Positions 38,876 to 48,289 of a stretch of 64,000 nucleotides of DNA are shown here, piece after piece. Source of the DNA: a virus (taxonomy: Duplodnaviria > Caudoviricetes); IMG/VR virus record IMGVR_UViG_3300009716_000731, positions 64,001 to 128,000 of that record, one strand, 5' to 3'. The notes under the pieces are model-generated. The model was not told the DNA's origin. It did not search any database and saw nothing but the letters and a program-made list of their open reading frames with translations. Numbering within the stretch: the stretch's first letter is position 1; each line of letters starts with the position of its first letter. Position numbers and translations under genes: made by a program.

Positions 38876-39301
38876 TTATATGATAAAATCATCATCATTG
38901 TCTCTTTTTTGTTCGTTATATAGTTCCTGTGTACCATTTGCTCTTGCTACTTTTTCTACTCCATATTTATTTACTAAAGATGAGAAAGTATTTAAGTCAG
39001 TTCTAACTAATTTAACCTTACCTGTTTCTAAATTCATATTAATTTTATCAATCTCTTGCTCAATTAAGATAGTAATTGATTCTTCATCAAAAACATTTAG
39101 TAAGTCTTCATTAATTGAAACTTTTAGATCTTTTTTAACACTATAAGCATAGTCATCTGCAAGTTTACTAATTTTAATTAGTTCTTTTTGTTTTTTATTT
39201 CCTAAAAAGTGAAAATCGATTTTTGTAGGAAATGATTTTTTATTGAAAATTTCAAAGAAGTCGTTAATTGTATCTTCTGATAGTTCGTAAAAATTATCCA
39301 T
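38876..39301 (-). CDS. hypothetical protein, degenerate phage metallopeptidase-like
   Basis: INEDLL..ILIEQEI...D..TF..LVNKYG layout; lacks HExxH. Confidence 0.45.
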   Translation of the reverse strand: MDNFYELSEDTINDFFEIFNKKSFPTKIDFHFLGNKKQKELIKISKLADDYAYSVKKDLKVSINEDLLNVFDEESITILIEQEIDKINMNLETGKVKLVRTDLNTFSSLVNKYGVEKVARANGTQELYNEQKRDNDDDFII

Positions 39302-39350
39302 ATTATATTTTATTTTTTATATTATAAAAAAATACTGGATAAAAGTTTTG

Positions 39351-39782
39351 TTATTTTAGTAAAAAATAAGCAATAATACCTAATACAACTAAAGCCGGAG
39401 TAAATTTATAGTAAAGGTTATTGTAAAACTCATTACTCTTAAATAAAGAGAATCCTATTACAACTAAATAGGAATATTTATCCACTTTTTTAATATCATA
39501 AATAGAATAAAGCTCATTCAAGCCTTTAGATACTAAAAACTTAGATGTTTCAGTTATAAATTCTTTTATATAATTTTCAGATATTCTATCAATATCAGAC
39601 TTTTTAAGTGAATACTCTTCACCTACTAGTTCTTTTGGTATATTTAATACCGTATAAAGTCTATCTGCATTATCTATTCTTAGATTAAGATAATTTGATA
39701 ATTCTACCTTATTATTTTTAATAATTCTTTTATAAGAATTGAAAAGACTTATTTTTTTGAAAAATGATATACTATTACTCAT
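39351..39782 (-). CDS. hypothetical protein with C-terminal TM
   Basis: ORF track. Confidence 0.65.
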   Translation of the reverse strand: MSNSISFFKKISLFNSYKRIIKNNKVELSNYLNLRIDNADRLYTVLNIPKELVGEEYSLKKSDIDRISENYIKEFITETSKFLVSKGLNELYSIYDIKKVDKYSYLVVIGFSLFKSNEFYNNLYYKFTPALVVLGIIAYFLLK

Positions 39783-39806
39783 ATCTATTATATTAATTTA
39801 AGTTTA

Positions 39807-42800
39807 TTAGTTGAACCACCCATTAAAAAATCCTCCACCTCCACTCTTTGTATTACCACTTGATGATAATTCTGTTGGTTTTATATTTCCATCGGTTACA
39901 CTTGTAATATATTCATCTATTGTGCTTGTTGAATTATCAATTCTTGATAATATTTCAATAATTTTATCTAATTGTTCATTCGTGCTCATTTTAGCTGGTC
40001 CTTTGCCTGCACCAGCCGCACCTGCAGTAGTTTTACCTTTAGTTTCTCCAACGGTAGGTCTATTTGTTCTCGCTTTTTCTACTTCAACAAATTTAGAAAA
40101 TACACTAGCTCTTTCTTCAAGTGTTTGCATCATTCTATCTAAAGCATCTGAGTCCATGGCTGCTAATACTGCTAGATTACCAGTTAATCTTCTAATCAAA
40201 TTAACTTTAGTTCCATCAATCATTTGTAATGAGTTTCCGAATTTTTCTAATGATTGTGCTAATTTATCATAAGCTGCAGCTATTTTTAGCATACCTTTTG
40301 CAGTTTGTGATACCGGATCCATCCCAGTAAGATTCTTTAATGCATTTATAGCACCACCTTTTCCTTGTGCAACTATTGAATTAGTTAAATTGAGATATTT
40401 CATTATATTAGTCTGTAGATTATCCATATAGCCTTCTGGTATCATATTATTAAAATACTGTCTACCAGACCATAATGTTTTAGCAGTTCTTATTATAGCA
40501 TAAGCTATAATATTAGTCTTTAATAAACTTGCATAGGTAACACTTTCAACACTTCTATTTAAGTCAATAAATCCATTTATATTATTGCTTAATTTTTTTG
40601 ACCAGTTAGCATCTGGACCTGCTTTCCAAACTGCTACGCCGACTGATGATAGTCTTTTAGCAACTCTGACAATTGCATTTGCTACTAGTACTATACCATT
40701 CGCCATTTCTCCAGCAGCTTCATCACCGTCTTTGAACCAACCGCTATTTTTAGACATATAATCAAATACTCCACCAAATGCTTTTATTGCAGATGATACT
40801 CTTGTACCCCATTCTGAATCAGGAACATTTGCTACATCAAATGTTGCTTTATTTTCTGCAAATTTGTCAGCGGCTGCAATAATACCATCTGATATAGTTA
40901 ATATTCCAGACTTCATATCATCCGGAGAAACATTTGATCCAAAGAAGCCATTATCCATAAGAGCTGCATAGACCGGTGAGAAAGCTGCGATTGCAGTTCC
41001 TACTCCTTCTGACCATTCTTTTGAAGGTCCTCCCTTAAATGCAACTTTTGCTTTTGAGAAGTAATTTGCGGCATCTACAATTCCTTTAGATACTGTTATA
41101 ATACCATCCGAAAATTGTTCTGGGGTAGGTCCACTTCCAAAAAGTACTTTCATTATGCCACCAGTACTTAACATTTTATATACTGGTGCAAATGCGCCTA
41201 GTGCTAATGATATTCCTTCTGCCCAAGCTTTTGTTGGTCCTCCTGTATAAGAACCTTTTTTAAGAACAAACGAAACCTTAACAATAGTATCTGCAATCAT
41301 TAAAACAGCATCTGCTCCCGCAACTAAAGCTACCATTCCTAAACCAAAAGAGCCAAGTATTAAAGCTCCTAAACCGGCCATTCCTAAACCAAATGTTGCT
41401 AAGCTTAAACCAGTTCCGGTTGCCCAGTCTAATGAAGGATAGTTGCCGTATGTTCCTTTACTTAATATAAATGAAGCTGCAACAATAGTAGCTGCAACCA
41501 CTACAACTGCAACAGCTCCTGCTGCTAGTGCAAGTGCCCCAATTCCAGAAAGCATTCCAAGTCCTAATAAATATGCAGCTCCTCCAAATACAACTATTGA
41601 TGCTCCTACACCAATTGCCCAGTCTAATGAAGGATATAAATCATATTCACCTTCTTTTAATATCAGAGATGAGATCATAATTGCCGTTGCTACTACAACT
41701 ATAGCTATACTACCCATAGCTATATTCTCAAGACCCATTTTATTTAGTAACCAAGCGGCTCCACCTAAGACAACTGCTGATATAGCAAATACAACTGAAA
41801 ACATTAAAATATTAATCAACTTACCAAGTGGAATTGGTTCTACTTGTGATAATATATTAGAAGACATCCAAATTGCTATTGCTAAAGTTGTAAATAATAA
41901 TGGTATAGTTACAAGAGTCTTAAGACTTATTTTATCTGCAACTGGAAGTATAAACTTTAACGCAAATGAAAGTACTACAAATACTGCAGCTATTGCAATA
42001 GCAGTTAAGAATTGTGTAAATGAAATTGGTACTATTCCTGCTAAGAATAAAGACGATACAGCTATTGCAAGAGCCATTGCTGGTAGTATAGTAACCATCA
42101 ATATGGCCGATTGTATTGCTTTAGCAGGATTTTCTATTTTGCCTAATGCATTAATTATTTTTCCTAAACCAAATGATATAACGGTAAACATACCTGCAAT
42201 AAGAATTGCGGTAAATGCTTGACCTAAACTAATAGGAATTATCATTTGTAATACCCAAGATGATAAAGTAATACCAAGTGCAATAGCAGGAAGTAATATT
42301 GGTAGAAATAAAATACTTTTACCTAATGTAGCTATATTTTCCTTACCTAACGCACTTAATATTTTTGCTATACCAAAGGATATAACAGTAAACATACCTG
42401 CAATAAGAATTGCGGTAAATGCTTGAAATATTGAAATTGGTTCAACAAATGCCAAAAACCAAGATGATAAAGTAATACCAAGTGCAATAGCAGGAAGTAA
42501 TATAGGTAAGAACATTATTGATTTAGCTAGTGTTTCTAAATCTTGTTCTCCTAGACCTTTAATTATTTTTTTTATACCGAATGATATAACAGTAAACATA
42601 CCTGCAATAAGTATCGCTGTTAAAGCTTGTCCAAAACCAATAGGATAAACAAGAGCTAAAGCCCAAGAGGAGAACATTATAGCAATTGACATAATTACCA
42701 TTACTTTACCTGCTATAACTGCTTGATCTACAGTAATCTTACTTTCAGCTATTTTGGAAAAAGCATCAGCGACCATAACAATTGCCAATCCTAATGAAAC

Positions 42801-43184
42801 AACTGATAGAAAATCAACTTCACCTACTATCTTAAAAGCTAATCCAATTGCTAAAACAGCAGCCGCTATTAACAATATCATTGTGGCTCCTTTCTTTATC
42901 TGACTTTCTTTCTTTGGATCTTCACCAACATCACCAACAATATTATCATTATTTTTACTTCTTTGAAGCTCTAAGATTGTATTTTGTTTAGATAATATTT
43001 CTTCTGTGTCTTTTTTAATAGACTTTAAGCTAGTGTTAATTTCTATAAGTTGTTTAGAGAAGTCACCACTTTGTAAAGCATTAGTGGTCGCAGTTTTGCT
43101 TTCTCCTTTTTTCTGGAGAGCATCTGCAATCATTTCTAATGAACTGGATAGATTATTAAGAGCATTTAGTAGTTGTTGATCCAT
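39807..43184 (-). CDS. tape-measure-like protein with many hydrophobic repeats
   Basis: 1125 aa, Ala/Ile/Gly-rich helical repeats of about 65-68 aa; late-type box upstream. Confidence 0.65.
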   Translation of the reverse strand: MDQQLLNALNNLSSSLEMIADALQKKGESKTATTNALQSGDFSKQLIEINTSLKSIKKDTEEILSKQNTILELQRSKNNDNIVGDVGEDPKKESQIKKGATMILLIAAAVLAIGLAFKIVGEVDFLSVVSLGLAIVMVADAFSKIAESKITVDQAVIAGKVMVIMSIAIMFSSWALALVYPIGFGQALTAILIAGMFTVISFGIKKIIKGLGEQDLETLAKSIMFLPILLPAIALGITLSSWFLAFVEPISIFQAFTAILIAGMFTVISFGIAKILSALGKENIATLGKSILFLPILLPAIALGITLSSWVLQMIIPISLGQAFTAILIAGMFTVISFGLGKIINALGKIENPAKAIQSAILMVTILPAMALAIAVSSLFLAGIVPISFTQFLTAIAIAAVFVVLSFALKFILPVADKISLKTLVTIPLLFTTLAIAIWMSSNILSQVEPIPLGKLINILMFSVVFAISAVVLGGAAWLLNKMGLENIAMGSIAIVVVATAIMISSLILKEGEYDLYPSLDWAIGVGASIVVFGGAAYLLGLGMLSGIGALALAAGAVAVVVVAATIVAASFILSKGTYGNYPSLDWATGTGLSLATFGLGMAGLGALILGSFGLGMVALVAGADAVLMIADTIVKVSFVLKKGSYTGGPTKAWAEGISLALGAFAPVYKMLSTGGIMKVLFGSGPTPEQFSDGIITVSKGIVDAANYFSKAKVAFKGGPSKEWSEGVGTAIAAFSPVYAALMDNGFFGSNVSPDDMKSGILTISDGIIAAADKFAENKATFDVANVPDSEWGTRVSSAIKAFGGVFDYMSKNSGWFKDGDEAAGEMANGIVLVANAIVRVAKRLSSVGVAVWKAGPDANWSKKLSNNINGFIDLNRSVESVTYASLLKTNIIAYAIIRTAKTLWSGRQYFNNMIPEGYMDNLQTNIMKYLNLTNSIVAQGKGGAINALKNLTGMDPVSQTAKGMLKIAAAYDKLAQSLEKFGNSLQMIDGTKVNLIRRLTGNLAVLAAMDSDALDRMMQTLEERASVFSKFVEVEKARTNRPTVGETKGKTTAGAAGAGKGPAKMSTNEQLDKIIEILSRIDNSTSTIDEYITSVTDGNIKPTELSSSGNTKSGGGGFFNGWFN
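42183..42630. repeat. 204-bp-period direct repeats inside tape-measure gene
   Basis: gtaaacatacctgcaataag at about 42184, 42388 and 42592; ccaagatgataaagtaataccaagtgcaatagcaggaagtaatat twice. Confidence 0.85.
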
Positions 43185-43257
43185 AATCTATATATAAAAA
43201 AATCAACTGCTTTTAACAATTTGTTATTTTTTTACTATAATAAAAAATTAATATATA

Positions 43258-43740
43258 ATGAATAAAATAAAAGTAGCTGATATGGGAATCAAGAAAGTTA
43301 TAAAATACTATCTTCTTGGTGAATCCTTGAAGGAAATAGAAGCAAATAGAATTCTTGATAAGTTATCAAAGAATAAACAAATATCTGATAAAGAAAAGAG
43401 ATTTTTAGATTTATATAGATATACATCTAATAATGAAGAACCTAAAGATTTAATGTATTTATCAAAGAATGTTGCTTGTGAACATGTTAAATCACTTTTA
43501 CAAAAAGGATATAGTATTTTTTGTGATTTGCATGATAGAGATGGTCTAATTGGTCTACCTATCATTGATATTGATAACGAACATCAAGAAGAAGCATGTG
43601 TTATTTATATGAAAGGTGATGAAACTCATAAATTATATGATAGGTACTTATATAATTTGATATATAATAATAAGTTAAAAAGATATTCACTTCAAGAGCA
43701 AGATGAATACTTTGAAGAAATAGAACATAAAAATGATTAA
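43258..43740 (+). CDS. hypothetical protein with DUF6576-like motif near N-terminus
   Basis: ANRILDKLSKNKQISDKEKRFLD. Confidence 0.65.
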   Translation: MNKIKVADMGIKKVIKYYLLGESLKEIEANRILDKLSKNKQISDKEKRFLDLYRYTSNNEEPKDLMYLSKNVACEHVKSLLQKGYSIFCDLHDRDGLIGLPIIDIDNEHQEEACVIYMKGDETHKLYDRYLYNLIYNNKLKRYSLQEQDEYFEEIEHKND

Positions 43741-44008
43741 AAAATTCAACGATTTTATATTAGAAGTTTCAGGAACAGAATTAGTTGGTCCAATTGGTCC
43801 TGCTTATGGTGAAACTAAAACACTTAATAAAACTATATCTGCTTTTGATACAGATGTTATTTACAGTGAATTAGGTGGTAGAATATACACAATTGATGAA
43901 TATAATCAAATGTATCAAGACTATCTTAAATTAGGTGGTTCACCTTTAGATGGTTATAATAAAGAAAATTTAGAAAAAGTTATTGTTTATTTACAAGATA
44001 ATAACTAA
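43733..44008 (+). CDS. small tagged protein (MIKKFNDFILE)
   Basis: ORF track. Confidence 0.7.
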   Translation: MIKKFNDFILEVSGTELVGPIGPAYGETKTLNKTISAFDTDVIYSELGGRIYTIDEYNQMYQDYLKLGGSPLDGYNKENLEKVIVYLQDNN

Positions 44009-44040
44009 TACAATATATTGATAAAAACAAAAATCAAACA

Positions 44041-45363
44041 ATGAGTAAATTAACAACATTAAATGGTATTAATGACCAAGATTTATTGAATCAAATTTTT
44101 AATGATGAGATCACGGTCTTTGAGGACATTCAAGGTAGTAAAATATGGGTAAATTGGAATGGAAAAGAATTTACAATAAAAACGAAATCGCTATCTAATG
44201 ATCCTATTAATTTAATAGACTTAGCTATGCAGAACTATTATAATCCAGCATTAAATTATTTTAATAATTTAGATTATAGAGTTAAAAGTCTTTTAAATAG
44301 AAAATGGTGGTTCTGCTTTGAATATTTTCCGGATGAGCAACCAGCAAACATAAGATACAACCAAGTCCCTAAAAATAATTTAGTTCTTACTGCAATTAAT
44401 AAGTCTGGTAAGTATGAATTTAATTTAGATGAGTTAGTAGAATACGCTAGATTATTTGATGTAGATCATCTACCTGTGGTTTATCAAGGTAAGCTAACAG
44501 ATAAGATGATTGAAGCTATAAAGTATTTCTTAAATACAAGTGAGGCAGACTTAGAATATATTTTTGGTGATAAGTCATTTGCATTCTTCTTTTACAAAAT
44601 ATTAAATCCATTAGTTGATAGTTCATTTTTAATGGATGAAGAATTTCAAAAAAATATTGAAAAGCTTATCATAAGATGTAAGTCAAATGATTTGTCATTT
44701 GAAGTTCTTAATCCTTTATATAATAGGCTTAGTACTGAAAATGATACTGAGTTTGTTGAGATTTATACTTTAATCTTGGTTAATTTCTTAAATTTCTGTC
44801 AGTCTATTAACTTAGAAGATATTAAATTAAAAGGAGAAACTAAAGATGAGATTTATATCTATCTAATTTGTAAGTTATTTAATATTTATATAGGAGAAGT
44901 TAAGTCAGACCTTTTAGACTTTGATTTTATAGTTCCTGATTTTTTTGATAAAGAAAAGTTCAAAATAAATACTGAACTAATTAAAAATAAGCTAACAAAA
45001 GAGTATTTATCTGAGTCCGATAAATTAGAGTATATATTTAAGGTTATTTTAGGATCATTTAACAAAAAAAGAAAAAAAGCTATTGGTATATTTACCGATA
45101 ATACAGTTAAGTTATTTAATAATTTTGTTGATGATATTCAAAATCACATTGATAAATACTTAAACAGAATGCATGAAATTGAGCTTACAAGAGCTGGTCT
45201 TGTTGACTTCTCAGATTTCTTAGATCTTAAATATGATATGGATGCTGATGGTGAGGTTTATCCTGATGTTTACTCTGAGTTTGAAAAAGGAGTCAAGCAA
45301 GATAATAAGAAAAAGAAAGCAGGAGGAAAATTTCCAATACAACAACAAAAACCTACATTATAG
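44041..45363 (+). CDS. RNA-ligase-fold (Rnl2-like) protein lacking the catalytic lysine
   Basis: ITVFEDIQGSKI at motif I position (normally EKxDG); FCFEY; LPVVYQG. Confidence 0.5.
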   Translation: MSKLTTLNGINDQDLLNQIFNDEITVFEDIQGSKIWVNWNGKEFTIKTKSLSNDPINLIDLAMQNYYNPALNYFNNLDYRVKSLLNRKWWFCFEYFPDEQPANIRYNQVPKNNLVLTAINKSGKYEFNLDELVEYARLFDVDHLPVVYQGKLTDKMIEAIKYFLNTSEADLEYIFGDKSFAFFFYKILNPLVDSSFLMDEEFQKNIEKLIIRCKSNDLSFEVLNPLYNRLSTENDTEFVEIYTLILVNFLNFCQSINLEDIKLKGETKDEIYIYLICKLFNIYIGEVKSDLLDFDFIVPDFFDKEKFKINTELIKNKLTKEYLSESDKLEYIFKVILGSFNKKRKKAIGIFTDNTVKLFNNFVDDIQNHIDKYLNRMHEIELTRAGLVDFSDFLDLKYDMDADGEVYPDVYSEFEKGVKQDNKKKKAGGKFPIQQQKPTL

Positions 45364-45394
45364 TAGGTTTTTATTTACAAAATAATTTTATTAT

Positions 45395-45598
45395 ATGAAT
45401 ATAAATACTATTGATTTAAATGTCAAATCAATTGATATTAAAGCAGGTGTGAGAAAATTAAGAACTAAATGGACTACTGAAATGGTTAATGATTTAAGTT
45501 TTCATAGTGGATTTGGTGATATTGAACGACAATTAATCGTATCTATACGCAAGGAAAAAAGAATAAAAACTATCAATAATTTACTAAACAATATCTAA
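45395..45598 (+). CDS. 67-aa major-capsid-fragment-like protein with C-terminal tag
   Basis: IDLNVKSIDIKAGVRKLRTKWTTEMVNDL resembles gp23-family A(K/E)xRxL(K/R)AxW(T/S)xExxQDL; ends KRIKTINNLL. Confidence 0.6.
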   Translation: MNINTIDLNVKSIDIKAGVRKLRTKWTTEMVNDLSFHSGFGDIERQLIVSIRKEKRIKTINNLLNNI

Positions 45599-45616
45599 GT
45601 TTTCAGTATAAAAGTT

Positions 45617-46834
45617 ATGTATATAGAAACAAAAACTATTAACCAATATAGAATAAATAAAAAGATAAAACAAAAGTCTTTTTCTTTACATTTTTTACCT
45701 GAATGCTTAAATGATCTTGTAAAAAGAAAACACATTGAGTTCTCAAATCAAAAATTAAAAGTAGATTATCTAGTAGATATAGTTCATAATTTACTACTTA
45801 AATATTATTTCAAAAAAGAAAATAAATTTGCACTAAATGCAACAATACTTAAAAGTAAGTATGGTTATCTTTACAACTACTATATTTCCTTTCTTATTGA
45901 GAATAATATTATTCGATTGCATACAAATTATAAAAAAGGTAAAACATCTAGAATATATTCATTAAATGAAAAGATTTTTACACAAAGAATAAATCGATAT
46001 AGAAACTATGATAAAGTCTTACTAAAAAAGTATAAAGGTAAGTTTATTGAAATGACATCTGAGGATTCAGATATATCTATAATTGAACCTTCTGTTCGAG
46101 AAAAACTAGTAAATGATTTATTTAATGTTAAGATTGACTACGATAGAGCTATATTCTTTTTAGACTTACTTAAAAATGAGGATATTGATATTTACAATAG
46201 AAATATTTACTCTGTTGAGTGTATAAATGATAGTCATATATTTTATCACTTTGACTCATATGGTAGAATGCATACAAATTATACTATATTAAAATCATTT
46301 ATTCGTAAAAACTGTTTATTAATTGATGGTTTAGAAACTTGTGAGTTAGATATACCAAATAGTCAGCCATTATTTTTGGTAAAGTTAATAAATATTAGTA
46401 ATTTTGGTAATGTAGATCAAGATGAGTTTGAGTTATTTAAGAAGCTAACTATTGATGGTAATTTTTATCAGTATTTTATGTCAATGATTGGTGAGACAAA
46501 TAAAAAGTTAGTGAAAGAAATGACTTATAAAGTTCTCTTTGGTAGAAATATTGCAAGCTCGAAGGCAGATAAGCATTTCAAGTCTTTATTTCCTACGATA
46601 TATGACTTTATAAAAACGTATAAAAAAGAAAATGGAGATTATCGTGTTCTTGCGTATGATTTACAAAGAGCAGAGTCATCATTAGTATTTAATAAGATAA
46701 TAAGTAAAGTGATGAATTACTATCCTGAAATAAAAATGATAACAATACACGATAGTATTGTTGTTCCTAAAATATATAGAGAGGAAGTAAATATCATTTT
46801 TGAGAATGAATTAAAAAAAGAATTTAATATATAG
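45617..46834 (+). CDS. compact family-A-polymerase-like protein with N-terminal wHTH-like region
   Basis: YGRMH, motif A ELDIPNSQP, motif B-like KxxxYxxLFG, LQRAES, motif C IHDS. Confidence 0.6.
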   Translation: MYIETKTINQYRINKKIKQKSFSLHFLPECLNDLVKRKHIEFSNQKLKVDYLVDIVHNLLLKYYFKKENKFALNATILKSKYGYLYNYYISFLIENNIIRLHTNYKKGKTSRIYSLNEKIFTQRINRYRNYDKVLLKKYKGKFIEMTSEDSDISIIEPSVREKLVNDLFNVKIDYDRAIFFLDLLKNEDIDIYNRNIYSVECINDSHIFYHFDSYGRMHTNYTILKSFIRKNCLLIDGLETCELDIPNSQPLFLVKLINISNFGNVDQDEFELFKKLTIDGNFYQYFMSMIGETNKKLVKEMTYKVLFGRNIASSKADKHFKSLFPTIYDFIKTYKKENGDYRVLAYDLQRAESSLVFNKIISKVMNYYPEIKMITIHDSIVVPKIYREEVNIIFENELKKEFNI

Positions 46835-46837
46835 ATT

Positions 46838-46987
46838 ATGAAACAATTTTGTTTAACAACTAAGTCAAAGGAAGTTATCATAAAAACTTCTGCTAGTGAT
46901 TTTCAAGAAGCACTTGATTATTTCTCAAAAGTTAAAAAACTTCCTAAAGAGGAAATATTAAAAATATTTTACATCTTAGAAAAATAA
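46838..46987 (+). CDS. small hypothetical protein (49 aa)
   Basis: MKQFCLTTKSK...; read manually; TAATATATA box upstream. Confidence 0.6.
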   Translation: MKQFCLTTKSKEVIIKTSASDFQEALDYFSKVKKLPKEEILKIFYILEK

Positions 46988-46997
46988 TATATACTTT

Positions 46998-47537
46998 GTG
47001 AACTTAGAGAATCCAAATATATCATATGTTATACTATCTAATGATAATGTTGATAGCATACAAACATATCTTTACTCTAAAGAGTATCAAGTATTACCTT
47101 TGCAAACCTATTACAAAGAGCAATTTAATGATTCTACATTAGGTTGGGGTGATGTTGATAATAATACTTTAAGAAAAGATGTTGTTTTTCTACTTAATTA
47201 TTTTCAAGTAGAAAGTGCTATTATAAAATATAAAGGTGAAACATCTCCTAAGAAAATATTTAGAGATGGTTCTGAGAAGTTATTAGAAGTTTATATGTAT
47301 AATACAGATTCTGAGAAGATTTCATATTTATATATGGGTTTATCTTTTTCTTTTGTTGAAGCAAAGAAATATTGGATGCCAAAAAAGAAAGAAGATTTTA
47401 GACAAGGTATGATTATTGAATATTTTAATAATAGTCAGTGGAATGAAAAGATAGTTTTTGATTTAGATACCGAATGGGATAAAATGTATAAACTATTGGT
47501 AAAATATGATAAAATTAGAGTATTATCAAAAGTATAA
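46998..47537 (+). CDS. hypothetical protein
   Basis: ORF track (GTG start). Confidence 0.65.
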   Translation: MNLENPNISYVILSNDNVDSIQTYLYSKEYQVLPLQTYYKEQFNDSTLGWGDVDNNTLRKDVVFLLNYFQVESAIIKYKGETSPKKIFRDGSEKLLEVYMYNTDSEKISYLYMGLSFSFVEAKKYWMPKKKEDFRQGMIIEYFNNSQWNEKIVFDLDTEWDKMYKLLVKYDKIRVLSKV

Positions 47538-47562
47538 AAAAAGTCGCATTTGCGACTTTTTT
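47536..47562. terminator. bidirectional intrinsic terminator
   Basis: AAAAAAGTCGC-attt-GCGACTTTTTT. Confidence 0.8.
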
Positions 47563-48289
47563 ATTTTATATAAAACCATTGTATTTTTTTATCCCAGTTA
47601 TTGGTTTCCTTAAAGAAATACTGATCATTATCTGTTGATTTAATAACATATACACCTGTTGATGATGTTTTAAGTGTTTCAGTTCTTAACACAATTACTT
47701 TATCTTTATCAATTTTATTATCTGTAATTATTTTAATACCACTTAGAAAGTTATTATTTTCAATAGAAAGATAGAATCTTTCGTATTGAGTAATTGGATT
47801 CATCAAAACTACATTTGCTGGTCCTACTCGACCATTCATAGCAATTAAATTACCACCCATCAATACTTTTGACATAATCATTCTTTCGAGTTGATTTACA
47901 TCAGTTGAGCTTGAAACTGTAACATCTGTTAAAGTTTGTTTACTATTTACTGTGTGATTTATATAAAAATCTAAAACCTCGTTATATAAGTCTTCATACG
48001 AAATGAATTTTTTACCACTTATAGAACTTTCAAATATCTTCATAGATATAGTAGGAAAGTCATCTTGATCTTTTATAAAAACTCGATCATTTAATTTCTC
48101 TTCTTTTTCTTCTCCTAATAAAACATCAATAGTAATTTCTCTATTCATAGCTATGTTTTCAGCTTTATTTTCTTCAACTGCGTCTAAAAAATGAAACTTA
48201 GCAACATTACTACCAATTGCTTTCTCATCAAAGCAACATATATCTTTTAATTTCTCTTTGAATTCTTCCTCTCTATTAAAATGTATCAT
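47561..48289 (-). CDS. degenerate major-capsid-like (gp23 A-domain-like) protein
   Basis: SKVLMGGNLIAMNGRVGPANVVLMN...LSGIKIITDNKI..DKVIVLR resembles the gp23 IAxxxxRGxxNFII...VYxD region; internal NREITIDVLL tag. Confidence 0.55.
   Translation of the reverse strand: MIHFNREEEFKEKLKDICCFDEKAIGSNVAKFHFLDAVEENKAENIAMNREITIDVLLGEEKEEKLNDRVFIKDQDDFPTISMKIFESSISGKKFISYEDLYNEVLDFYINHTVNSKQTLTDVTVSSSTDVNQLERMIMSKVLMGGNLIAMNGRVGPANVVLMNPITQYERFYLSIENNNFLSGIKIITDNKIDKDKVIVLRTETLKTSSTGVYVIKSTDNDQYFFKETNNWDKKIQWFYIK

Noticed and set aside
39811-42222. Long plus-strand ORFs 39811..40272 and 41443..42222
   Set aside because: Antisense shadows of the Ala/Ile-rich tape-measure gene; no promoter or motif
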